In this document: positions 51,049 to 59,816 of the stretch, in pieces | How the letters are laid out: each line of letters begins with the position of its first letter | Position numbering within the stretch: position 1 is the first letter of the stretch | Origin: Acidobacteriota bacterium | Lineage (GTDB): Bacteria > Acidobacteriota > UBA6911 | Reading direction: 5' to 3' | Length of the DNA stretch: 64,000 bases | Assembly (NCBI GenBank): GCA_963664705.1 | Contig: OY761556.1 | Coordinates: 2,080,001 to 2,144,000, forward strand | Made by a program: the position numbers and the translations under genes | The notes under the pieces: model-generated | Told to the model about the DNA's origin: nothing | Seen by the model: only the letters and a program-made list of their open reading frames with translations | The model's database searches: none

Positions 51049-51984
51049 ATGGGAACTGTTGCCTCAGAACTGAAGTCAGAGCGGGAAAAGCGCAAGATTT
51101 CCCTCACTCATATTGCGTCTGAAACACGCATCAGCCTTCGACACCTCGAAAGCCTTGAGGAGGGACGCTTCAGCGATTTGCCTGGGGGTATCTATAATCG
51201 TGCATTCTTGCGCGCTTACTGTGAAGCGCTGCAGCTGGATAATCTCCAGGAAATTATGCAGCGGTATGAGAGCGAGCTTCCTGCAAATGCCGACAAAACG
51301 CCCAGATCCAAGATTTATCTGCCGTCCCAATCGCGATCTTTCCATATCAGTCCGCTTTTGATCTGGGGGATTATGCTGCTGCTTTCCGCGACCGGGCTCT
51401 TTTTCAGCAGAAACTGGATTACGGCGGTTTTTTCCCCCTATTTTTCCCATACTCCGCCTGCCGCCGTTCCCTATGAACCGGCACGCACCAAACCGGTTCA
51501 AACGCCGCCGGTTGTGACGGCAAAGCCGGCTGAACCGACAGCTCCGCCAACATCGCTTGTTCCGGCGACTGTGGAGCCTACTCCAAGTTCGCCAGCACCC
51601 TCAGTGCCGGCGCAGCCTCCGGTGGTGGGAAGTCCCACGCCGGCAGGCACAGCAGCCCCGACAGCATTGCCCTCCACTCAACCCCTGACTGCGGGCGTTG
51701 CCGCCACCCAGCAATTGCGGCTGGAAATCAGCGCAACGGCCGAGTGTTGGGTATCGCTGGATAAAGATGGCAGCCCGGTATTCCGCAAAACAATGCAACC
51801 CGGAGAAATACAACAAGTAAGCGCGGGGGAAAAATTCCAGATCATTCTTGGCAATGCCGGGGGAATCCAACTTAAAATCAATGGCAAGCCTGCGAAGCCG
51901 CTTGGAAAACCTGGAGAAGTCATCAAGCTCATCATTGATGCGGGCAAATTACAGGAACTCCTCGACCAGTCCGCGGGTAGGTAA
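51049..51984 (+). CDS. rodZ: RodZ-like cell-shape protein (HTH, TM, Pro-rich linker, DUF4115)
   Basis: TRISLRHLESLEEG...PGGIYNRAFLRAY, TM segment, LGNAGG..LKING...LGKPGEV. Confidence 0.88.
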   Translation: MGTVASELKSEREKRKISLTHIASETRISLRHLESLEEGRFSDLPGGIYNRAFLRAYCEALQLDNLQEIMQRYESELPANADKTPRSKIYLPSQSRSFHISPLLIWGIMLLLSATGLFFSRNWITAVFSPYFSHTPPAAVPYEPARTKPVQTPPVVTAKPAEPTAPPTSLVPATVEPTPSSPAPSVPAQPPVVGSPTPAGTAAPTALPSTQPLTAGVAATQQLRLEISATAECWVSLDKDGSPVFRKTMQPGEIQQVSAGEKFQIILGNAGGIQLKINGKPAKPLGKPGEVIKLIIDAGKLQELLDQSAGR

Positions 51985-53025
51985 ATGGCTCCCGGCAATC
52001 TGCTGCAAATCCTTCAAAAAGGGGACTCTCCGAAAAGCCTCCGAATGCTTGTTGCCCGCGGCTCCGCACCACTTCCGGCCAAGGATGTATTGGAATTGCT
52101 GGTATACCTCCTGAAGGACGAGGACCAGGAAATATCATCCAGCGCCGCCCAGACACTTTCGTCGTGGGACAAAGATGAAGTCCTGGGCTACCTTCAAGAA
52201 GAAGACTGTGCGGTGACCGTATTAGAACATTTTGCGAATTCAGAAACAACCGAAGCTGTTCTGCAGGCAATCATTTCCAATCAGTCAACTCCGGCCAAAA
52301 CTATTGCCTCGCTTGCGTTGTCCGTACCAGCGCCACTGATATCCAAGATTTTGGATAACCGCGTCCGCATTTTGGAGCATCCGGGTATTCTGGACAACAT
52401 AAATAAAAACCCCTTTGCCAGCGCGGAAACTCGCAGAATTGCCCACGAAATAGAACTGGAATTCTTCGGCAGCAAGAAAAAAGACTATGCGGTTCAGGAA
52501 TCCGCAGAGGAAACGGAACCTACCTTTGAGGAAATCCTCCTGGAATCAGAGGCTCCTCTGGATGATTTGATTCTTGAAGGCTTACCGGTAGACCCCGATG
52601 ATCGGCAGGCCGAAATCACGCGGCAGATAGCAAGCCTTCCCGTCAGGCAAAAGATCAAATATGCCCTGTTTGGAAATCGTGAAATCCGCGCCGTGCTTAT
52701 TCGAGATACCAATAAAGAGGTCGCCCGAAGCGTGCTGCACAGTCCCAAGCTTACCGACAACGAAGTGGAATCTATCGCTGCCATGCGTACGGTGGCTGAA
52801 GATATTCTCCGCGAAATCGGGAACAGCCGCGAATGGACGCGAAGCTATGTTGTGATTCAGAATCTTGTCCGGAATCCTAAAACTCCACCCACCATCTCGC
52901 AGCGTCTGCTATCGAGGCTTCGACTCCGGGATCTTACACTGCTCTCAAGAGATCGAAGCATCCCTGATGCGGTACGCTATACTGCGGCGCGGGCTTTAGT
53001 CCAGCGCTCGAGGTCCTCACAATGA
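51985..53025 (+). CDS. Hypothetical helical-repeat protein (346 aa)
   Basis: Long ORF abutting the rodZ stop; repeated N/H.xTP motifs; GNREIRAVLIRD, LVRNPKTP. Confidence 0.8.
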   Translation: MAPGNLLQILQKGDSPKSLRMLVARGSAPLPAKDVLELLVYLLKDEDQEISSSAAQTLSSWDKDEVLGYLQEEDCAVTVLEHFANSETTEAVLQAIISNQSTPAKTIASLALSVPAPLISKILDNRVRILEHPGILDNINKNPFASAETRRIAHEIELEFFGSKKKDYAVQESAEETEPTFEEILLESEAPLDDLILEGLPVDPDDRQAEITRQIASLPVRQKIKYALFGNREIRAVLIRDTNKEVARSVLHSPKLTDNEVESIAAMRTVAEDILREIGNSREWTRSYVVIQNLVRNPKTPPTISQRLLSRLRLRDLTLLSRDRSIPDAVRYTAARALVQRSRSSQ

Positions 53026-53468
53026 AGCAGCCTACTATCTCGAACAGCGGCAGGATCCGGTACACTCAGCTATTGCAGTCCTCCGGGCGGTATTCGGAGT
53101 TGATCGAGGCCTATAAGACACAGGTGCTGACCCAAAAGACCAGGACAATCCGTCTCCTCGGCAGAAAGAGTTCCGCCAAAATCATCAACACCCTGCTCGG
53201 CTTCGAGGTTCAGGCTTCCTACAAGCGAATTCAGTGCCCTGATCTCGTAACGGCTCGCTATCTGCGTTTGTTCTCGGAAATCGGCTGTCATTCCATCAAG
53301 CTTCCCTACGATCCCACTCTAACTCAAAAACTGATTCCGGAATTTGAAGCGACCCTGGAGGAGATCCATCACGCCATCCTGGATCTCTATCCCAATGATT
53401 TGTCGATGCAACTATATGCAACACGCAAAATCTATGGGACCATCCGGAGTCATCTCGCCGCGCTCTGA
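53022..53468 (+). CDS. Hypothetical protein (148 aa)
   Basis: ATGA-coupled ORF; no motif recognised. Confidence 0.7.
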   Translation: MKQPTISNSGRIRYTQLLQSSGRYSELIEAYKTQVLTQKTRTIRLLGRKSSAKIINTLLGFEVQASYKRIQCPDLVTARYLRLFSEIGCHSIKLPYDPTLTQKLIPEFEATLEEIHHAILDLYPNDLSMQLYATRKIYGTIRSHLAAL

Positions 53469-53710
53469 TCGAAAATTCGGCATCGAAATCCCCGCTCAAA
53501 AAACTCGCCCACTCCCTGAAATTGTCTACAAACACCCCTGCGGACTGTGCTATAAGTCTAATCATTCAAGGCCCAAAACATCGGGAATAAACAGCAATAT
53601 GAACTAGGAGATTAGGTGCCGGATCCGGGAGAGGATGCGTACTCCCCCGTGAACCAGGATTTCCAGAACGGAATGGCTCATACGAGCCTGAGTGTGGAGA
53701 GGATGAGGCT

Positions 53711-54169
53711 ATGCAATTTCCTAAGATACTTATTTCTATGACTGCTGCAGTACTGCTTTTCTCATGGACAATCTGGGCTCAGGACAAAATTGACAAAGAG
53801 GTGGAAATTCACAAGAACATAAAGCTTGTCGTGCTTGCTGCCGCGAGCGATATCCCGGAAGATTTGGCCAAGCAATATCAGAGCTTCCTGCCGGTCCTGG
53901 AGGCTTCACTGAAAGAAATCACCGTCGACCAACCGGATGATTGCTCGCTAACGCTTCGCGTTGGAGCCGCGGTGAAAGAAGTCGGAAGCGCAAAAACCAA
54001 ACGCCCCCAGGCCAAAGTTACGGCTTTCCGCAGAAACTCAAAACAGGAATACCAGGGAGCGTTCATCCTGTACAGCTATATCAATTCAGGTCCGGTAAAC
54101 AAGGAAGAGACCAATCAGTTTTTGAAAAAGCAGATATTGGAACCGGCGGAGTGCCGCAAAGCGGAATAG
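53711..54169 (+). CDS. Secreted hypothetical protein
   Basis: GAGG SD; signal peptide ending IWA-Q. Confidence 0.75.
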   Translation: MQFPKILISMTAAVLLFSWTIWAQDKIDKEVEIHKNIKLVVLAAASDIPEDLAKQYQSFLPVLEASLKEITVDQPDDCSLTLRVGAAVKEVGSAKTKRPQAKVTAFRRNSKQEYQGAFILYSYINSGPVNKEETNQFLKKQILEPAECRKAE

Positions 54170-54179
54170 CGATCGGAAC

Positions 54180-54228
54180 ACGTTGAACGTTTAACGTTGG
54201 ACGTTGGACGTTGGACGTTAAACGTTCA
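54180..54228. repeat. Heptamer (ACGTTNN)x7 forming a 14-bp perfect inverted repeat; probable bidirectional terminator-like element
   Basis: tgaacgtttaacgt (54184-54197) and acgttaaacgttca (54215-54228), between convergent genes. Confidence 0.75.
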
Positions 54229-54247
54229 GCGTGGGACAGTGGATTTT

Positions 54248-54964
54248 CTACTCGGATAACAAATCTCGACGGACTACTTCCAGGTCCTGCGCGGGGATGA
54301 GCAAACGGACCAGGCGTCCGTCCTTTGTAGTAGTCAATGTGCCGCTCCAAATCCCGACAAATTCGGTCTTGTACTGCCGGACATCCAGCGAACCTCCGGT
54401 CTTGAGCGGAATTTTGCCGTCTCCCATGAACGTCAGCGCGATCGGTATATCATTGGCGATTACCGGGATAAAGTTGGCAAATGTCTGCCGTCCGCCCTTT
54501 TTCAAATCATATCTGCGGACAAGGTAGTCGTATTGGTGATAGACGTTGAAATCAACAAAAACCATGTTGGGTTCGAACGGGACCGTCATGTCACTGGTTC
54601 GCCCGCCCCGATTCAGAACACGCGTAATCTGCCCGTTGGCAATGGTAACTTCATAGGAATCGCCCGTGCCTCCCGACGTGTACCAATAGCTGTAGGACAT
54701 CGGCACTCCGGTGCCCTTGGCCAAGACCATTCTCGTCGAAAACTTCATGCTTTTCGTTTCCGTCCCCTCGTTTACAAGCATTTCATGTTCGGAGGTGGAA
54801 ACGATATTGCCGCTGGGATCTGCTTTTTCCGTGACGATCTCGGTGCCGGCAATGGATCGATTGATGATAATGGCGTAAGATTCTGAATAGTTTGAAGCCG
54901 CCGGACTTTCCCCACAAACCATTGCCGCCAACAAGACGCCCAAACACAGCCTCCACATATTCAT
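54248..54964 (-). CDS. Secreted beta-rich protein (DUF3108-like)
   Basis: Signal peptide, alternating beta-strand pattern; overlaps the hspR stop. Confidence 0.65.
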   Translation of the reverse strand: MNMWRLCLGVLLAAMVCGESPAASNYSESYAIIINRSIAGTEIVTEKADPSGNIVSTSEHEMLVNEGTETKSMKFSTRMVLAKGTGVPMSYSYWYTSGGTGDSYEVTIANGQITRVLNRGGRTSDMTVPFEPNMVFVDFNVYHQYDYLVRRYDLKKGGRQTFANFIPVIANDIPIALTFMGDGKIPLKTGGSLDVRQYKTEFVGIWSGTLTTTKDGRLVRLLIPAQDLEVVRRDLLSE

Positions 54965-55338
54965 CGCCGACTCCGAACAATTTGGGACGCAGGAACCCGC
55001 ACCAGTGCACTTCTTAATGAACCTGCCAGGTTTGGTGAGATCTGGTCCTGGACAAAAGCAATCATCTCCTCGACCTGTTGCTGCATTTGCTCCATCTTCT
55101 CCCGCATATTCAAAATTACTTCCACGCCGGCCAGGTTTACTCCCAATTCCCGCGTCAAGGTAAGAATCACCTCCAGCCGTTGAAGATCGTCATCCGTATA
55201 CAGGCGAGTATTCCCATCGCTGCGCGACGGCTGCAACAAACCCAGCCGCTCGTATAAACGCAGCGTTTGCGGGTGGATCTGGTAGGATTCGGCGACGGAA
55301 CTGATCATGTATCCGGCCTTTTTTCGCGGACTCACCAT
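54961..55338 (-). CDS. hspR: MerR-family heat-shock repressor HspR
   Basis: ISSVAE..IHPQTLRLYERLGLLQPSRSDGNTRLY, ELGVNLAGV; downstream of dnaJ. Confidence 0.9.
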   Translation of the reverse strand: MVSPRKKAGYMISSVAESYQIHPQTLRLYERLGLLQPSRSDGNTRLYTDDDLQRLEVILTLTRELGVNLAGVEVILNMREKMEQMQQQVEEMIAFVQDQISPNLAGSLRSALVRVPASQIVRSRR

Positions 55339-55348
55339 TCACCCCCAA

Positions 55349-56476
55349 TCATTGAGCGAGATTTGCCCTGGGATCCTCCGGATTAAGCCTTGCAAGCTCT
55401 CGCAGAATCTCCTTTGAGCGTTCATCCGCAATTTTGGGCACCACGACCTTCACTTCAACGATCTGATTCCCGGGAGAATCACCTCGAATCGAGGGCGCAC
55501 CTTTGCCCCGCAACCTGAATTTTTGGCCGCTTTGCGTTCCCGGCGGTATACGCAACAGCGCCTTCCCATCGATGGACGGCACTTCTATCTTGGTGCCCAG
55601 TGCGGCTTCCGTAACAGTAATCGGGACCGTACAGATAATGTCGTTTCCCTCCCGCTGGAAGAAATCATGCGGTCGCACCGCAATGCTCAGATACAAATCG
55701 CCCGGGGGACCGCCGGCCCTCCCGGCATTTCCCTTTCCCGGCACACGCATTCGATACCCATTTGCCACACCGGCAGGAATGCGCACGGTAATGTTCTCCT
55801 GGAAAGAGACCGTTCCAGCCCCTCCACACGTATTGCAGCGCCCGCCCACGCGGCCCGTTCCGTTGCAAACCCGGCAGGGTCCGGAAAATCGCATAAATCC
55901 ATGGGATTTGCCTTCCTGTCCCGTTCCCTGGCATCGGGAACAGATCTGTTGTCCCGCCGAGCGATCCAATCCACTCCCGTCGCATGCGGAACAGGCGGCT
56001 TTCCGGTTAAAGGCCATCCGAGTCGAAAGCCCCTGGATGCTTTCCATAAAGGAGATATTGAGGTGGTGCTCTAGATCTTCCCCCTTTTGCGGACCGGTAT
56101 TGCGACCGCGGGCTCCACCACCGCTAAAAAAGTCCGAAAACAGATCCCTGAAACTGCCCTGCCCGGATTCGCCGAAATCCATCCCGGAAAAATCAAAACC
56201 AGGCGGAAATCCACCGCCCTGCCCACGTCCTCCGCCCGGCTGCTCCTTGAAGTTTTCCGAATAGAAACCATACTGGTCGTAAACGCCGCGCTTTTTGGGA
56301 TCGCTTAATACATCGTACGCTTCCTGTATCTTCTTGAAGCGTTCTTCGGCTCCCTTGTCGCCAGGGTTTACATCCGGATGGTTCTTCCTGGCCATGCGCC
56401 GGTATGCCTTCTTGATATCCGGCTCCTTCGCATTTCGGGGGATGCCCAGTACTGAGTAATAATCTTCCTTAGCCAT
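55349..56476 (-). CDS. dnaJ: Chaperone DnaJ
   Basis: HPD J-domain, G/F region, four CxxCxGxG motifs. Confidence 0.96.
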   Translation of the reverse strand: MAKEDYYSVLGIPRNAKEPDIKKAYRRMARKNHPDVNPGDKGAEERFKKIQEAYDVLSDPKKRGVYDQYGFYSENFKEQPGGGRGQGGGFPPGFDFSGMDFGESGQGSFRDLFSDFFSGGGARGRNTGPQKGEDLEHHLNISFMESIQGLSTRMAFNRKAACSACDGSGLDRSAGQQICSRCQGTGQEGKSHGFMRFSGPCRVCNGTGRVGGRCNTCGGAGTVSFQENITVRIPAGVANGYRMRVPGKGNAGRAGGPPGDLYLSIAVRPHDFFQREGNDIICTVPITVTEAALGTKIEVPSIDGKALLRIPPGTQSGQKFRLRGKGAPSIRGDSPGNQIVEVKVVVPKIADERSKEILRELARLNPEDPRANLAQ

Positions 56477-56611
56477 ACTCGAGAGTTTCCAGGGCAGAGC
56501 TTAAATCACTGGCATTGCGGCCGCCCATGCGGCCCGAACTAAACCGGATTCGGAACCGGCGTGAAAATTCCCGTCGATCCCGAATCCTCAAAACCAAAGC
56601 CTGCTTACCGT

Positions 56612-58537
56612 TTATTCATTTTTATCCATGTCGACATACTCGGCATCGATGACTTCATCTTCCTTTTTGTCTGAGCCCGGCTTTGGTCCGCCGGCCTGCT
56701 CAGAGCCCGGCCCTCCGTGAGGGGGCGCCTGGCTCGCGGTCTTTTGGTACATAATCTCCGCAAGCCGATGGGACGCTTTGGTGAGTTCCTCGGCAGCCGT
56801 GTTCAGATCCGAAGCCTCCGACGATCCTTCCAGTACGCCCTTTGCCTTGGAGAGCGCCGCATCCAACGATCCGGCATCCGCGTCCGAGATCTTGTCCCGG
56901 TTCTCTTTCAGGATCTTTTCCGTGTTGTAGATCAAACTGTCCAGCTTGTTCTTGGCTTCGATCTTTTCCTTGTTCTTCTGATCCTCGTCCGCATGGGATT
57001 GAGCATCCTGGGTCATCTTATCAATCTCATCCTTGCTCAAACCGCTCGAAGCCGTAATCGTGATTTTCTGTTCCTTGCTGGTAGCCAGATCCTTGGCCGA
57101 AACATTCACAATACCATTGGCATCGATGTCAAAGGTCACCTCAACCTGGGGCACGCCCCGAGGCGCGGGAGGAATTCCCACCAAATGGAATTTCCCAAGG
57201 GTTCGGTTGTCTCTCGCCATGGCGCGCTCACCCTGGAGAACGTGAATTTCAACGGAGGTCTGATTATCGGCCGCCGTCGAAAAAATCTCCGACTTCCTCG
57301 TGGGAATCGTGGTGTTTCTGTCAATCAGCTTAGTGAAAACACCCCCGAGGGTCTCGATACCAAGAGACAGCGGGGTTACGTCAAGCAACAGCAGGTCTTT
57401 GACGTCTCCGGCCAGAACGCCGGCCTGGATCGCGGCGCCGACCGCCACAACCTCATCCGGATTCACGCCCTTGTGCGGCTCTTTTCCAAAATACTCTTTC
57501 ACCATCTGCTGCACGCGCGGGATACGCGTCGACCCGCCCACGAGCACCACTTCATCAATATCTCCGGGCTTCATGCCGGCATCGGAAAGCGCCTGCCGAA
57601 GCGGAGCGATAGTCCGCTGGAGAATATCTTCAACCATTTGTTCAAACTTTGACCTTGAAAGCCTCATGTTTAAATGCTTTGGTCCCGAAGCATCCGCTGT
57701 GATAAACGGCAGGTTGATCTCCGTTTCCATAACGGTGGAGAGCTCCATTTTTGCCTTTTCAGCCGCTTCGCGCAGCCGCTGCAAAGCCATCTTGTCCTTT
57801 GAAAGATCGATACCCTGATCCTTTTTGAAATCCTCGATGATCCAGTCCATCAGGCGCTGATCGATGTTGTCGCCGCCGAGGTGGGTATCCCCGTTGGTTG
57901 ACTTAACCTCAACCACGCCTTCCCCTACTTCAAGGATCGAAATGTCGAAGGTGCCACCGCCGAAATCAAATACGGCGATTGTCTCATCCTTCTTCTTGTC
58001 CAGACCGTAGGCCAGTGCGGCCGCGGTCGGCTCATTGACAATACGCACTATCTCCATGCCGGCAATCTTTCCAGCATCCTTCGTGGCCTGCCGCTGGCTG
58101 TCATTGAAGTAGGCCGGAACGGTAATGACCGCTTTTTCCACCTTTTCTCCAAGGTATTCCTCAGCCGCCTGGCGCATCTTCTGCAGAATCATGGCCGAAA
58201 TCTCAGGCGGGGTATACGCCCGATCTCCCATTTTTACCTGAGCATCGGAATTGGGACCGGAAACCACCTTGTATGGCACCAGCTTAACCTCTTCTCCGAC
58301 CTCCCCGGTCTTTCGCCCCATGAAGCGTTTGATCGAAAAAATCGTATTCTCCGGATTGGTAACCGCCTGTCTCTTGGCAACCTGCCCGACAAAACGCTCG
58401 TTGTTCTTTCCCACGGCCACAACGGACGGAGTGAGCCGGCCCCCTTCTGGATTGGTGATAACCTTGGGCTCTCCGCCCTCCATAACCGCAACCACGGAGT
58501 TTGTCGTACCAAGGTCAATTCCGATAATCTTACCCAT
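56612..58537 (-). CDS. dnaK: Chaperone DnaK
   Basis: [43 protein letters not shown]. Confidence 0.98.
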   Translation of the reverse strand: MGKIIGIDLGTTNSVVAVMEGGEPKVITNPEGGRLTPSVVAVGKNNERFVGQVAKRQAVTNPENTIFSIKRFMGRKTGEVGEEVKLVPYKVVSGPNSDAQVKMGDRAYTPPEISAMILQKMRQAAEEYLGEKVEKAVITVPAYFNDSQRQATKDAGKIAGMEIVRIVNEPTAAALAYGLDKKKDETIAVFDFGGGTFDISILEVGEGVVEVKSTNGDTHLGGDNIDQRLMDWIIEDFKKDQGIDLSKDKMALQRLREAAEKAKMELSTVMETEINLPFITADASGPKHLNMRLSRSKFEQMVEDILQRTIAPLRQALSDAGMKPGDIDEVVLVGGSTRIPRVQQMVKEYFGKEPHKGVNPDEVVAVGAAIQAGVLAGDVKDLLLLDVTPLSLGIETLGGVFTKLIDRNTTIPTRKSEIFSTAADNQTSVEIHVLQGERAMARDNRTLGKFHLVGIPPAPRGVPQVEVTFDIDANGIVNVSAKDLATSKEQKITITASSGLSKDEIDKMTQDAQSHADEDQKNKEKIEAKNKLDSLIYNTEKILKENRDKISDADAGSLDAALSKAKGVLEGSSEASDLNTAAEELTKASHRLAEIMYQKTASQAPPHGGPGSEQAGGPKPGSDKKEDEVIDAEYVDMDKNE

Positions 58538-58628
58538 TTCTTTCCTCCTAAAAGAATCGCACCCGTATTGTGTAAAGGTGAATCATTAGTGCAGATCTCA
58601 TAAACGCCTTTTGTCTTAGCGCGTATGT

Positions 58629-58658
58629 TATATAGAATCTGAGTGTAGCATTGTCAAG
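58629..58658 (-). promoter_or_regulatory. dnaK promoter overlapped by a HAIR-like HspR operator
   Basis: Minus strand TTGACA-N17-TATATA(AC); TCTGAGT-N7-TGTCAAG (58638-58658) versus HAIR consensus CTTGAGT-N7-ACTCAAG. Confidence 0.65.
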
Positions 58659-58698
58659 CTGTCGATTAAGATTCTGAGCAAGGAATCAGGAGCGCTCT

Positions 58699-59181
58699 CA
58701 ATTGTGGCTCAATTGTGGTCAATTGTGGACACCCACTGATTTTTTCTCAGTTTTTGAGTGGAAACTGGGGCCGGGAATGAAGGGAAATGAAGGGCTGGCG
58801 GGCATGCCCTGGATTAAGCTAAAAATCGCGCTACGTGGAAATTTGTGTCTGTCTTCTGACTCCTGTCTCCTGACTTCTATCTCCTTGCCCGCAAACGCTA
58901 TTTCTTCAGCGCCGGATCCAGTGGAATAGAAAAGGGCCCGAGAGCTTTGGGCAATTGTGGACACCCACTGATTTTTTCTCAATTTGTGAGTGGAAACTAG
59001 CACCGGGAATGAAGGGAAATGAAGGGCTGGTGGGTATGCCCTGGATTAAGCTAAAAATCTCACTGCGCGGAAATTCGTGTCTATCTTCTGACTCCTGTCT
59101 CCTGACTTCTATCTCCTTGCCCGGAAACGCTATTTCTTCAGCGCCGGATCCAGTGGAATAGAAAAGGGCCCGAGGGCTTTG
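58699..59181. repeat. Tandem duplication with 232-bp period (58720-58949 and 58952-59181) preceded by CAATTGTGG stutters
   Basis: Aligned by eye, about 15 substitutions; includes the last 52 nt of the gene at 59130..59756. Confidence 0.93.
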
Positions 59182-59756
59182 CGTGTCCCCTCTTCTTCCA
59201 GTTTAGGAATGTATAGGGTACTTCCAGCAAAGAAGTCGTCCTTCGGTTCCGGAGTGAAGAAAAAAAGGAAACCGTCCGCCACTGTTTCGGGGTCGACGAG
59301 TCGGTTTGTCAATTCCTTGCTGGTAAAATCGGAGAGAGGGGATCCCACTTTGGTTGAAGTCGACTGGTCGCGGGACTTCATTTTAGGGAGCTTGCTAACC
59401 AGCCCAGCCCGGACAACATCCTCGACTACGACGGTGGCGGGTGTTGTATATAGCTGCTTGCCCGCGGCGGTAATCAGGACAACATTCCGCGTCCGGACAT
59501 TAAAAAAGCTCTGGGATCCGTTCCGAATGATGACGTGAACAGGAAAATAGCCGCGCGAGTTCAGGTTCTTTACATCGAAGGCGGTGAAGGATTTATTGTC
59601 GTCGGTGTAGGGATCGGCGGCAATGGCAACACCGCCCAGCTCCGCTCTTGCCGGATAGCTCTCGATCGGCTTCACGGCAACCGTTTTGACCTGGTAATCC
59701 GCAAAGAGCGCAAGCGCCCCAAAAACAGCAAACGCAATGGCTAGATGGATTTTCAT
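59130..59756 (-). CDS. Secreted hypothetical protein (paralog of 4502..5155)
   Basis: Signal peptide; YPA..E.GGVAIAADP, RGYFPVHVIIRN, GFLFF. Confidence 0.8.
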   Translation of the reverse strand: MKIHLAIAFAVFGALALFADYQVKTVAVKPIESYPARAELGGVAIAADPYTDDNKSFTAFDVKNLNSRGYFPVHVIIRNGSQSFFNVRTRNVVLITAAGKQLYTTPATVVVEDVVRAGLVSKLPKMKSRDQSTSTKVGSPLSDFTSKELTNRLVDPETVADGFLFFFTPEPKDDFFAGSTLYIPKLEEEGTRKALGPFSIPLDPALKK

Positions 59757-59816
59757 ACCGCGTCATAATAGCACAAACCGAAAGTCAAAGCCCCTTCCGT
59801 CAACATTCTCCGACTT

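Noticed and set aside
53590-53710. Possible structured RNA upstream of the 53711 gene
   Set aside because: Only weak hairpins; no riboswitch consensus recognisable by eye.
56717-57652. 311-aa antisense ORF over dnaK
   Set aside because: Long open antisense frames opposite dnaK are a known codon-bias effect.
58702-59161. Short ORFs (75, 94 and 68 aa) within the tandem duplication
   Set aside because: No SD or coding signature; they are by-products of duplicated intergenic DNA.
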